In this document: positions 40,700 to 53,590 of the stretch, one piece after another
Numbering within the stretch: position 1 is the stretch's first letter
How the letters are laid out: each line of letters opens with the position of its first letter
Source of the DNA: Camelus dromedarius
Taxonomy: Eukaryota
Reading direction: 5' to 3'
Assembly (NCBI RefSeq): GCF_036321535.1
Contig: NC_087437.1
Span: 59,336,001 to 59,400,000, forward strand
Length of the DNA: 64,000 nt
Notes under the pieces: model-generated
Database searches by the model: none
What the model was told of the DNA's origin: nothing
The model's input: the letters and a program-made list of their open reading frames with translations, nothing else
Position numbers and translations under genes: made by a program

Positions 40700-40975
40700 G
40701 ATTACAAACTTGCAACTAGTAGAAATAAATATGTCATGGAGATCTATGCACAACATAGTGGTTACGGTCAACAACACTGTATTATAAACTTCAAAGTTGC
40801 TAAGAGACTAGATCTCCACTGTTCTACAAAGGGAAATAATAATTATGTGACCTGATAGAGGTGTTAGCTAACACTATGATGTTAGTCATATTGCAACAAA
40901 TGCATCAAAGCAACACCTGCACAACTTAAACTTACACAATGTCATATATCAATTATATCTCAATTAAAAAAAACA
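40700..40975 (+). mobile_element. L1MA-type 3' end
   Basis: acaaacttgcaactagtag...aaagttgctaagagactagatc...ttaaacttacacaatgtcatatatcaattatatctcaattaaaa. Confidence 0.85.
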
Positions 40976-41234
40976 GAAAGAAACGAAAAGATCAGTTAAG
41001 CTTCATTGGGGCTATGTAAGTACTTCACATTCCTTTTGTCAATATACCTTAAGTCTTTCACTTGGTAGAGGAACAAAGGTCCTGTGGCCTTCCCAATCCT
41101 ATGTGTTCATTACAATGTGCACTCCCATTAACTTGAGAAAAATAGCCCACATGGCCTTGCCTAATTCTTAGGTTTCTCCATTGAATGGGAAGGTGGGAAA
41201 TGGGAGGGGCTTTAAAGAGAGGGTTTCTAATGTC

Positions 41235-41602
41235 TCTATCAGTCAGGATTCAACCAGGGAAGAACAAGTAGGAGAAATATTATCAATATACTAAGAGATT
41301 AATTACAAGGAATTGGCTTATGCAATTGTGGGTGCTGGCTAGGTAAGTCAGAAATCCACAGGGGAGACCACCTGGAAAGACAGGCTGAACTCTCAGGTGG
41401 ATTCTCCACGGAAGAAGTTCTTAAGATCTTCCAATGGATTGAGGCAATAGATTATTTAGGTTAATCTCCCTTACTTAAAGTCAACTGATTAAGGACTTTA
41501 ATCACATTTACAAACCCTTCACAGCAATATCTAAATCAGTGTTTGACTGAATAATTGGGGACTACAGTCTAGCCAAGTTGACGCATTAAAAAGACCATCA
41601 CT
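41235..41602 (-). mobile_element. MLT2 (ERVL) solo LTR
   Basis: Both ends visible (tatcagtcagg ... aaagaccatcac); internal ttacaaggaattggcttatgcaattgtggg and aatctcccttacttaaagtcaactgatt. Confidence 0.9.
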
Positions 41603-43590
41603 TCCCTCAAATATCTAGCTTGGAATTTGGGAAGTTCCAAGGAAAATGAAATATGTTGACTTCTTTTTTCAATTTCTTATAAGAAGAACTGATAGACAAT
41701 ATGCCTTTATGTATCAGGTTTCTTTAGGAACATTCACATCCTTTGCCCAGGACAGTAACCCCCTTCTTTGCCTGTTAATAAAGAGGCATGCGGAGCCCAA
41801 AGTGGTTGGGTGGAAAGATAGTGAAACAACAGAAGGGCTTCAGCAATGATTCTTCACCAAGCAAGCTAAAAAGAAATCTACATGGCAAGTGGATTTAGAT
41901 GACAACAGTCTTCTCACTCTTGGTAAACAGAACGCCATAAATATGTATGTGTGGTAATGGGCAGCACTCTGTAGGAGCCGGCAGAGTTTCCACTTTGACA
42001 CAGTGTAGTTTCACGCAGGACCAACTCAGCAGCTGCTCTACTGACCACAGAACAACTGAAAGCCTAACGCTTTTCCTTCTCATCACCTCCTCCACCCCCT
42101 GGTGGAAGCTTTCCTATCATTTTGCCTTTCAGGATGGAATGATGCAGAGGGGACCTCTGGGGACAGTCAAGATTGCTCGTGCCTGAACACAAGCACAGGG
42201 AAAACCGGTGGACAAAATGTGAAAGGGCTTGATAAACACATGAGAGATACTGAAGTGCCAAAACCACAGCTGCAGAGCAGTCCCACTAGAGGAGTGTTGC
42301 CTGGGGTGTGCTCTCTCTCCTTGCTGGGACACCTCCGGCAGGTGTGCCCCTGATCCGCCCGGAGCTGCTGTAGCCAAGACTTGCTGCTTCTGAAAAGCTA
42401 AGTCATGGTGAAAAGGAAGGGATTTTTCCTCCAGGACAACAAGGGCTTCTGTTTCCATTACGCAGCCTCTGCTGTTGTGCTGGGTGACCAGGGCAAGGCT
42501 CAACCTTTCCATCTATAGTTTTTTCATCTGTGGATGATTATAACCCACTTCTCCAGGACTTGGACCACTAAGTCATTAAGTGCAGGAGAAATGGGGAGAT
42601 ATTCCCGAACTCCAAAACACCACTAGGTAAAAGGCTTATGGGGAGAACTATGGGCAAAAGTGTTATTTGCTTTCCAGTAATTCCACTGGCTTCTTTCAGA
42701 GCCCTGTGGCAACAGACAGGGCCACTGGCTTAGGGGCTAGATGCCTGAACACTGATTGCTCTGCCTTGCTGTGTATCTGGAACACATGACTCCCCAGGGG
42801 ACCTACCTGACCGGGGGCCTCTGTATAGCACTGTCTGCTCTGATCTTTCATGGCCTTGCATCTAGAGGCTGGAGTGGCCACATGGTGCATCGTGGACTGT
42901 GGGACAAATGGACACCTGAGTTCTTGCCTAGCTCTTCTGGGCAGCTCAGAAATTAACCCATCTCATCTCTTCACCTTCACCACATAATAGATCACTTGGA
43001 GGAAACTGTAAAAAATACCACTCCCCCAGCCTCAGTCAGACCAATTGAATAAAAAAAAAAATCTGAGGGTGGGACCCTGTTTAGGTATTTTTTTAAAAGT
43101 TCCCCAGGTGATTTGAATGTGTTTTCAAATGGTTTGCAGCTTTCAAAGGAAAGCAGCTCAGGTTCGGTGCTGACCTGGACACCCTGTTAGTTGGCAGCAG
43201 AGCCAGGCCTGGACCTCAAAGCTTGTAACCCTTAATCCTTGAAAAGAACCTAGAAGTGATTTCTGAAAACCTCTCCCTTCCCCATCTATGGAACGTCTTG
43301 GATTTCCTCGATAAAAATCATCCCCAGTCCTGAAGATAGCCTTGGAGGGGCATCCTCATCCACACGGGGAGGGCAGTTGGGGACCACACACCGAGAGTGA
43401 CTGAAAGTCACCTTCTCCTTGGCGAGCTCACTAATCACAGGCACTGCTCTCAAGTTGCACAGAAGACCCCTAATTCCCAGCTAAATACAGCTTTGCTAAA
43501 AGTTGAGGGACAACTGATGGGAAGTGGTCACAGAAAGTCACATCTACTAAGAAAATCTGTTCCCGCTTTCACTCATTTGAGTTCTGAAAG

Positions 43591-44239
43591 TGTCACCAAA
43601 CCAAACTTGGTGTCGCTCACCCATTGCGCAGCAAAGCCAGTTTACTGATACCGGGTTGGGGTGAAGGAATACACAGCATTTATTTGCAGGGTGCCAAGCA
43701 AGGAGTATGGGTGCCTAATATTCAAAAGACCCAAACTTCCCAGTGGCTTTCAGGGAAGGATTTTTAAAGGATTATTTGGAGTAAAGGCTGCAGAAGACAT
43801 GACTTTTTTCTGATTGGTTGGTGGTAAGGTAACAGGGTGATGTTTGGGGAATCTTAATCAACCTTCTGGTTCCAACCAGTCTGGGGTCTGTATACTCAGC
43901 ATGAAGACGCCATCTTCCACCAGGTGGGGGGGTGGGGTGCAGGGTATGTCTTAGATCCTGCACAACAACTCAAAGATATGTGGCAGATTGTTCTGAATTT
44001 CCCTTGAGGAGAACTCAGACTCTGCTTTATCTTTGCACTATTGCCACTACCTTTCTTGTTTGACTACTTTTCCTTTATTCCTGCATTCTTTTACTTCCCT
44101 AATTACTAACTGTTTGTGCCTGGTCTTTTGAATTCAGGGAAGGCCTAGGAGACTAAAACCTTTTGCTACAGACAAGAAATGGGGGACATGATGGGGCTTT
44201 TGTGCCGAGGAGGGCCCCACAGGGTCCTGCTTAGTTTCA
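43591..44239 (-). mobile_element. ERV1-type solo LTR, same family as 15017-15596
   Basis: Reverse complement starts tgaaactaagcaggaccctg and ends ttggtgaca; 4-bp near-TSD aaag/agag. Confidence 0.88.
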
Positions 44240-45459
44240 AGAGGGATGTCTATCGGTTGCCTCCCTGCCTGGGCCCATGTGGCCAAGACCATCCTCTTTC
44301 CCAGCAGACCAGGAGGTTCCATCAGTCCTGACAGTGATCTGTAAAGTTCAGAGCAAGGGAGAAAAGCCAGGAAGCAGTCTAAGGTCTGTCTGCTAAGTTC
44401 AGGCTTCCTCTCCTGGTAATTGACACTTGGAAGGGCTACCGTCCCTCCAAACCTGGATCTCCCACACTCCCACAACCGCAAGACCTCCCTTTCAGGAAAT
44501 GCACTGAGAGTAAGTAGCAGAGGGGTTGTTTTGCTATCCTCCTTCATCTTTTCCTAGCTAAGAGACCCAGGATCCTGTCCTAGTCGGAATTTCTGGCTCT
44601 ATAGTCAGCAGGTCTGAATATGGGTTTTGGGTGTTTCATTTACTTGCTCCAAGACCTTGGGTCAATTTCTTAATTCCTCTGAGTTTTTGGCACCTCAGCT
44701 TCAGAACAGGAACCTAGAAGCCTGCCCTGCTTACCTCTCAGGATTATGACAAAGAACAATCTCATTAGTGTATGTGAAAGACCTTTGTAAACTGTAAAGA
44801 TTGTTTAAATGAGGGCCTTTATAATTAGGGAATTGGAGCTTGGATGGGCATACAAATACTCAAAAGAAATGATTTTTCAGAGAATTAGCCCAAACCACTT
44901 TGGAGTTGGGAAATAGCTTCAAGGGATCCTTGCCTAAATCTACAGTGGAGCATCCCTGGCAGTTATGGGCTCCCCGAGGGCATACAAGGGACTTACAGAG
45001 GAAGGCCGCAGCATAGACCCTCTTCTCTCCTGGGTGGCAGAAGCTGTTCCAGAGCCAACGCCTCTATAAGGAGGGCTACCTGCACTTGTGTTGTTGCCAA
45101 GGAAATGCAGTGATCTTCACTACAGTCACTTATGGTGCCTGGTTCACTGAAGATGCCCATAAATATCTGTTGAGTGAACTGAATCCAGTATAAGGTAATG
45201 CCCATGCTGACCCCATACTCTCTTGAGATCTGCAACTTGTCAGGGCAGAAGTAATAAATATTACTGAGGATTAAACTAATCGGGGGGAAAAAGAAATAAG
45301 CAAACCTCTCCAATTATAGGATAATACATACTATATATATTCACTGTAGCTATTACATAATAAGGTGTATTACATAAGGTGTATTACAGGTATTGTACAT
45401 ACACAAGAAAAAGAAATGTGAAAGTAATTCAGCTTCATAAAACTTTACTAGTTACTATT

Positions 45460-45551
45460 ATTTATTTATTTTTAATGGAGGTACTGGGGATCGAACTCAG
45501 GATCTCGCGCATGCTAAGCACGCACTCTACCACTGAGCTATACCCTCTCCC
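45460..45551 (-). mobile_element. Vic-1-like SINE (CpG-retaining, probably young)
   Basis: ggaggtactggggatcgaactcaggatctcgcgcatgctaagcacgcactctaccactgagctataccctc. Confidence 0.9.
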
Positions 45552-45789
45552 ACTCCCCAGAGACTGTTATTAATATGTGCCCAAAACCAGGTGGGGATTT
45601 GCTGTAGGCAGAAAGAAATCACCCACAGTATTACAATTGAGGTGAAGGATTGAATGGTGATTAGAAAGGGTCAGGAAGGACTTAAGGAAGAGGTGGCATT
45701 TGATATGGGCACAGAAGGGGAACTGGGAGAATAACCCAAGCAGGGAATCACGTGACAAACGAAACGCTGGGCACATTATGATTAAGTCA

Positions 45790-46010
45790 CAACAGCTACC
45801 GCTGTTGAGCATTTGCTGTGTGGGCACTGTGCTAAATGTTTTTATGTACATGATCTAATTTGCTCCTAATGATAACTCAGTGAGGTAGGTATTTTCATTC
45901 CCATTCTACATATGAAGAAACTGGAATTCAGATGGTCAGCAAGCTACCAATGGCAGGAACAGGATTCAGACATTGGTCTGACCCCCTACCTCCCAAGTCC
46001 TTGCTCTTTT
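45790..46010 (-). mobile_element. MIR SINE
   Basis: gggcactgtgctaaatgtttt...gtgaggtaggtattttcattcccattctacatatgaagaaactgga; other MIRs at ~13.9, 49.2-49.55, 50.7 and 57.0 kb. Confidence 0.75.
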
Positions 46011-49000
46011 GGAATCTAGCACGGATGGAATTATACCCAAGAAGTGATACAATGAGAGAAAATATAGGAAGATGACACCTTGCTGATGGATTCTGACATG
46101 TCTTCATTTAACATAGAGGTGGGGGAGCACACAGAAGATTTTAAGGAGGGGAAGAATATGACTAGAAATGTGCATTGAGGTCCCGTGGCCCTAGGGAAGG
46201 GGAGACTAGAGATCCATTAGAAGACTGGGACCATGATCCAGGCTTGGGTGAGAGAATCACTGCTTGCCATCAAAAAAAGAAACTGTGGTCCTGGGACCAG
46301 CAGCCTCTGCACACCAGCTAGAGCTCGTCAGAAACACAGGCTCCTAAGGAATCAGAATCTACATTTTAACTAGACACCCAGCTAATTCTAATGTGCATGG
46401 AAATTCGACCAGCATTGCCACAAAGAACAGAAGCTCTGCCTGGGCAGGGAGCCCCTGCCTAGAGGGGCACATCATTTTTTGGATGGCAGATCCCTGAGAA
46501 CCAGAGGAACGCCAAGGACTCTTGCCCCGGAAAAAAGTGGGATGATTACCAACATTTGTCTACAACTGTAGGGGCTTCACAGAGCCCTGGAGAGCATGAA
46601 GACCACTGCGGCGTCCAAATCTTTTTCCTTAATAATTTAGCTGGGGAGGAGTGGTGAGGAGTTTACAGTTTTAAAAAATTCAAGTCTGAAGCCATGGGCT
46701 GTCATTTTAGAGACCTCTTCAGAGCCTGGACAAGGCTTTGGTCACCACCATGTCCAAGGCCAGGGCTCTGTTCCCATCGCCCTTCCCCCTTGCATTGTTC
46801 TCCAAATCCCCCGGGGACCCCAGCAGATACCCCGGAGCATTGCAACCAGGCCCACCCTGGTTTCCTTGAGCTGGATGGGGCCTGCCTGCCTGCCGGCTTT
46901 TCTTTAGTCCCAGAAAAGCCAAAATTAGCCTCCCTTTTGTTTCTTTTCCCAGGAGCCTCTACATTGTATCTCAGGAAAGGATTATTGTGCTCTGGGGACC
47001 CTATCTTATCATGGGGGAGGTGCTGAGTGAAAGGAAAATGGTCTTTGACAAATTGGTGCAATTCGGATAATCACATGACTTTCCAGTAACTGCCCCCCAG
47101 TGCTCCAGTAAGGCTATTGTTTCAGCTCCCAAATATTTAGCCAAGGAGGAGGCCGGGGAAGCTTGGGGAGCGGTCAGAGGTTTGAGAGCTTGACAGGGTG
47201 GGAAAAGGACATTTTTGGGTGATCCTCTGGCATGTTGATGGGAATGGCGATACCAGGAGGCTCTGGCCCTTTGATTTGAGTTCTCTATCACTAACTGCAT
47301 TCTCAGGGGGTAAGGAGACACACCCTGGGGTCACTGCTGGAATGCAGAGAGCAGGGGAGAGATGCCTTCGGAGGGGTGGGCTTTGGAGGCCACAGCATCT
47401 GAGCCTAGTTTGTTTCAGCAATTGCCTGCTCCATGGCTGGACAGGCTGCCTTGCTGACCCCTCCGGGGAAATAGGGTAAAATATTCTTTTACCTCTTACA
47501 ATGAGTGCTCCTCAGAAAAACAAAAACTGGCACAGGGAGCCAGGGGGCAGATGTGACTTGAGCTGTCAGAGCTAAAGGTTTCACACAAAAAATTCAAGGC
47601 ACCATCAGGCTTTTGCCTTTATACAACTTCTCCAAACTTCCTGAGCCTCCAGGGAGAGAGCGCTCCCGCTGACTTCACCCTGGCTTGCGTAGCCCGATGT
47701 CTCGGGGCATTTGAGAGATGAGGCGGTGGCAGCAGGGGCACGTGAGAATGTGTGTTATCGATGGGGAACACTTTTCCCCTGTGCTCATGTGGTCATCTGT
47801 CTGATATGCCTGTGGGTGGAGGTGGGCAGAAGGGAAGGGTGTGTCCAGTCACCGGCGACAGAAAAGAGCCATGAGGTCATCGGAGCCCAAGGCTTTCCTC
47901 GCTGACCACTAGTAGCAATTGTGTTCCCGCCTTGCATTCCCAAGGGTTCACCTCCACTCCCACGGAGGGTTCTGATATTGGGATTCTCACCTGGGTCATA
48001 CATTTTCTTCCACTGGAAATTTGCCTCCATAGGCAGATAGGGGGTGTGTTATTTGGCAAGAGATGTGAGCTCTGACTTTGAGAACTGCACTGATGACAAG
48101 TCCCTCCTGTCTGAGCCTCCCTGAGAAGCCCTTTGCCTCTCATAACCCCCTGCTTAGGGATCACTGTGTGGGCAACCTGCTTTGCCTGCACCCTCCTCAA
48201 GGGTCCCTTCCTGTGGCATCTCACTAGGATTTGGGATTCCTCTCCACTCCTCCAGAATCAGCAAGACTTGAGAATCTGTATAATAGGCAGACCACCCCAG
48301 TGATTCTGCTGCACACTGAGTTTGGGACTCATTGAGCCAGCTGATCTCTAGGGACAGGTTTAGCTCCGATATTGTAGGATCAAAATGTTCTGAGGCATGG
48401 CAGCCTCCAAGGAATAAGCCCACAGCCTCCCTCCTACTGGCACAGGTGAGTTTTAATAACCACAAGTCTCCGTCTTCTTACTTTAGTGATTCTATACTCG
48501 CTGCATGTTAGAATAATGCGTGGGTTTTTTTTTTCTAATTTACATATAATGTGTTTTCCAAGCAGAGATTAGATGTGTGGGATTTCTCCTCTCTTCTCTA
48601 ACAAGCAAAAAAGTGCTTTAGAAACCCTAGCAGTGGTGCCACCAGATGGGTATGTGTTGGCACCTGGTAATCTCCTGGCTAACTCTCTAATGAGGGCCAA
48701 CTGCTTAGTGCAACAGAAGACAGACAGCCTTCTGAACAAAGTGGGGTATGGGGACCCCATGGCTTACCCTGGTAGCTTCCTTTAAAAGAGAGGCCTCCCT
48801 GGGGTAAGGGATGTACTCAGATGCTTTAGGCCCCAAAGTAAAAGTAAGCTTGAACCCTAGTGTGGATCTCTACTGGGAAGAAGGTGGGAGAGGAGATTCT
48901 GGCTCCACCAGCTGGTGGGGCTGGAAGTGGGTCTGACTCAGCATCGCGGGCCAGCTGGTGACCTGGGAGGAGGCTACGTCGGTGAACTGCTGTATTAGGA

Positions 49001-52000
49001 GACCATGTCTCCCCTGGATATGGTTAGGAAAGGAGGTAGGCAATGGCCCTTTCTCCCAGGGCCAGCGCTGGACCAGAAAAGCTGCTGGGTGCACCGGTGG
49101 GCACCAGCTGAGGATGGGGAGGGGGTAGGACCAGATTCTAACAGTGACACTACCAGGCAGCAAGAGGTCACAGCAGAAGTCCTGATACATGCTAGTATTT
49201 CTTTGGTGTGGTTTGCCCAGCATCCATCTATTCATTCATTTAATAACAGTGCTGTGAGGGAGTTATTGTCACCTCTTTTGTACAGAAAAGGAAACTGAGG
49301 CACAGAGCTTATAGGGAGAGTAGCTGGCAGGCTGTGAACCAGGCCGTCTGGCTCCAGAGCCCACACCCCTAACTCCCGGGCAGGCCTTGCTGCCTCTATA
49401 ACAATAGCCATTGTTTACTGGGCGCTTACTACGTGCTCATGTGTTCTCTGTGTTCTTTTAGCCTTCACTACTATCTGATGAGGTGGGAACTGTTTTTATT
49501 CCCATTTCACAGATGAGGAAAGTGAGACGCCAGGAAGATAAGCAGTGGACTGCTCACCATCCACCCTCTCCCCTCTGGAAACAGAGGCCGGACTCATCCC
49601 ACCTAATCCTACCACAGCTCCTTCCCTTTTTGGAACTTCCAAGCTTTTAGGGTTCCCAGAAAATTGAAGCTAGGTGGGACTCTTGACTGGGGGATACTGA
49701 GCTTCCGGCAATAAAGCAAGTGCAATCTTTAGTGAGGAACTAGAAAAACAAAGATGGGACGATATTTCTACCTTCAATTTTGTGAAAGCCAACCACACCA
49801 ACTTCAGGGGTCCCGTCCCAGATTTACTGAATGAAAGGACATGAAGGATGGGGCCCGGAAATGTGAATTTAAAACAAAACCCTAAACTAACCCCAGTTGA
49901 TCCTGGCACACAGCACTGAGAATTACTGCCTTTATTCGTAGTAATATTTCACAGCCCCCAACCATGAGGCAGCAGTGTTTCCAGGAACTATTCCCAGTTT
50001 CCAAATCCTTCTGCTTAGAAGGAAGCTGCCTGTGGGAGCCAACCAGAGGGAAGGAGCTGGTTCAGCACGGGGACAGAGAAGCCAAGAACACATGGCCCAG
50101 GACTCACATCCACGAGCTCTTTGTTTAAGCCGCCCCCTTGCTTTCTTTACTTGGAAAATTATCTGCTTAAAGTCAGGCTCAAACCTCTTATTCTTGGTGA
50201 AGACTTCCCCTGTCCAACCTGCCCTCCCCAGCCTCCCTGTCCCCAAAGGCCTGCACCCTGTGAGCCCCAGCACCAACCTCCCCCAGAGCACAGCCAACCT
50301 TTTCCCTCCCTTGTGTTCTCCTCCCACCAAGCAAGAAACGCTGGCAGGACCAGTGTTATTTCCAAGCTCTCTGGCCCAGCAGAGTGTCAGGGACATAGTA
50401 ACTCTCAGTAAGCGCTAGTAGAATGAGCATAAGGCAAAGGAAGACAGGCGCGTAAAGACAGATGAAGAAGCCAGAAAGGGCAAAGGGCAAACTAGGGACA
50501 GAGGATGGCCAGTGAAATCTGATTTAGTGCTGACCCCTTGAGAACTTGTGACCTTTGCTCTGACCCATGGGATCCAGGCACTCACCTGGTCACCCAGGAA
50601 CTGTGGGCAGAGGACTGAGAGACAGGGGAGAATGTTTCAGTTTCTCCAGGCATCATTTCTTATCTGTGCTCATGCTTGTAACACCCCTGTGAGATAAGTA
50701 GGGTAGGTGTTAATAATCTAATTTTACATCTGAGGAAACTAAGGATCAAAAAGCAAATAAACATGTCCAAGGTCACATGACTAGGAAGCAGATGGGTTAA
50801 TCTAGAGTCACTGCTAGACAAAAGGAGCTCAGATTCTTAAGGCTGGAAGAGCCCTGGAACATCATCTGATCCAACTGTGGTCAATGGTATGTCTTCCCCA
50901 AAACAGCTTAGGGGAGGGGTGATGGAGCTGTGTGGAATAACTTTAGTACCAGGGAACCCCCTGCAATCACTGCAGCTGGGACAGGGCCAAAGGAAAGTTC
51001 TCCCTTGCACGGAGTTACACTCCTGCTCTGTAGCACATACCCACTAGCTCAATCCTCTCCTTCTGAAGACCAGCCAAAGGCACTGCTCCCTTTCCACTCT
51101 GTCGGCTCTGCTCTACCACCCCTGAGACGCCAAGACAGACATCCCGGACTGAGTCAAGGCCCTGATTCCCCTCCCTCGCAGCACTCTGGCAGCTCACTCA
51201 GCCGGAGCACTGACTCACTGACTCGGGACAGCGTGGGTAAGTCACCGCTTGCTTGCGGGGATCTATTTTCCGGTTAGGATATATCAAAGGGGGAACATCC
51301 TCAGCCACCCTCTGGCTGTTCAGGAGAAAGTGGAGCATCTCAAAACATCTCCATCCTATCTCCTCAGAAGGTTGAGGGGTTTTACTCATACAACCTCGTA
51401 ACAGAAATGTACTCAGGGCCTCAAAGACATCCAGGTTGAGTTGGGCCTGGAAAGAGGGAAAGCTACAAAATGAATTTCTTCTTGCCTAGGAAGTAATGAT
51501 AAAAACTGAAATCTCGATGGCCTTTGGGAGTTGAAGAACCCTTTCGTGGGATGTTTTCAGTTTTCGCAGCCCATCAGTAAGTCAGGTAGGAGGGAACTAA
51601 ACATCTGTTTTGTGAACGAGAATAACAGGATCAGTCTCAGAGCTGCTGAGTGGTGGGATCAGGACCAGCTCCCAGGTCATCTGGGCCTGAGTTCACTGAC
51701 CTTGCCCCTTATGCGACAGGGCAGACTAAGTCCTTGAGACACCACCCAGGTGCTGACAGCACCAGGCACTCACGTGCTGCAGCTCAGGGCTGAGTGCCGG
51801 CCGCTCCCACTGGGACTGGTGGCAGCACTTCTGAGCCTGGCGCTTTATTGAGGACTATCTTATCTCAATAGGAAAAGGCAATTCAGGGGAAGAATTTCCT
51901 TGTCACGGTGCTCCCGGCTCTCCATTGTCCAGCTTTCTCAGCCACGGTTCATCCCCTGGGTCTGACCATTACTCATATCCATGGAGGCGCCTTATCAGGG

Positions 52001-52254
52001 CTGTCTAAGATAGAGGGCCTATTTTTCTCTCAGTACCAGACAACCTGGAATCTGTCCACCCTTTGTGGCCTGACATCGGCCCACAATTAGCCGGCTCACA
52101 AGCCAGCTGCTCAGGGAAGCGGCTTGAAAAACAGTCCCTAGCAATCCAGCTGTTTCCTTTCACAAAGCCCCCGGATTTCAGGGTCCTCTCCAGGCAAGGG
52201 TGATGGAGACCCACCTCTTGGTAAAGCTGACTGTGAGTCTTCACTCCTGTACTT

Positions 52255-53590
52255 TCTCTCTCAACTTTTCCTCTGAAAAACGTCAAACCTACAGAAAAGT
52301 TGCAAGAATAATATAATGAACATGCTTATATTCTTCACCTGGATTCATCTGTTGTTCCCATCTCGTCACATTTGTTTTATTTCTTTCTCTCCATATACGT
52401 ATATACCTGAAAAATATAAACTGTTTTTCCCTGTCCGATCATTTTAAAGTTGCCAAATCATGATGATTCTCTCCTAAATAGTTGGCGTATATACCCTAAG
52501 AATAGGGTGTTCTCCTATACAAACATAATACTATTATCACTCTCAAGAAAATGAAATGATAATGTTAGCTAATACACTGTACATATTCTAACATCCTCAA
52601 TTGTCCCAATAATCCCAGATAGCTTCCCTCACCTCCCTTTAGGCCGTTCTTACCAGTACAGTTCTCCAGTCCTTTAGTTTTTTCTTTTTCACAACATTGA
52701 CATTTTAAAAAAATCCAAGGTAGTTGTTCTACAGAATGTCCCACAATTTGGATTTGTCTGATTATTTCCTCAAAAATAGATTCCCAACTAAAATATCCAG
52801 CAAGAGTATTTCACAGATGATGTCATATCCTGATCAGGATATCACAACAGGAGGCACACGATGTCAGTTTGTCCCGTCACAAGACTTTGATGACTTGGCC
52901 AAGGTGATAGCCTCGTACTCCCCTCATGGTGACATCCAGAGTTCACCATTGTAAAGACATCCATTTCCATTTGTAATCAACAAAGTGATCTGTGGGTGTG
53001 ATGAAATAAAATTTGTATTTTAAGGCAGGATAAGAAAATTTAAACATAAAATTCTCTCTCTGTGTCCATTTGGGCCTCTCCTTCCCTCCCTGTGTGCATC
53101 TGCATTACACATTAACCAGAACCTCTCAAAGATGGGAATGCCTGCTCAACTGTAAAGATCTTTTTTTTTCCTCTTTCTTCTGACGCTAGTAATGTAACTT
53201 TTTCAAAGAACAGCATTCTTCCGCAACGCTGTCGGGGTCATGGTGACTTGCGGCTTGCTTTGTACTTGCTTACCTGGACCGTGTAACCTTGGTGACCTTT
53301 ACGTAAAATATCAGTATGTCATTCTGATGTACGATCATTTGTCTTGAAAATGTATATGACTGTGCCTTTGACTTCTAACAGGTAGAACATTCTCAGAACT
53401 TTCTGAGAGTCTGTTTCCTGGATTATAGTCCTCAGACTGGCTCCAAAAATTTCCCTTTTTTTTTCTTCCTAGCTTGTTAATTCAATTTTTGTCATTGGTA
53501 TTTTGACGCTCTGTTAATATCTTATTCCCAATAATCTTTCACATGCTTTTAGCAACTACTGAGGTCCTTGCTGATCAATTATTATTATGG
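52255..53590 (-). mobile_element. L1MC-type 3' end interrupted by an LTR
   Basis: caaacctacagaaaagttgcaagaataatataatgaac...ttctacagaatgtcccacaatttggatttgtctga; resumes after 53494. Confidence 0.78.
52997..53494 (+). mobile_element. ERV1-type solo LTR nested in L1MC
   Basis: TG...CA-bounded insert with tgtatatgactg TATA-like site and ttatagtcctcagactggctccaaaaa R/U5-like segment, splitting the L1MC sequence. Confidence 0.65.

Noticed and set aside
45474..45551. tRNA-Ala(AGC)-like sequence with A and B boxes (and 11 similar copies)
   Set aside because: Copies are diverged, carry AT-rich/poly-A tails and TSDs, and have a GGGGAGGGT leader; they are SINE heads, not tRNA genes.
46600..52200. Cluster of 100-150-aa overlapping ORFs in GC-richer unique DNA
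   Set aside because: No consistent strand, splice structure or homology; expected by chance at this GC content.
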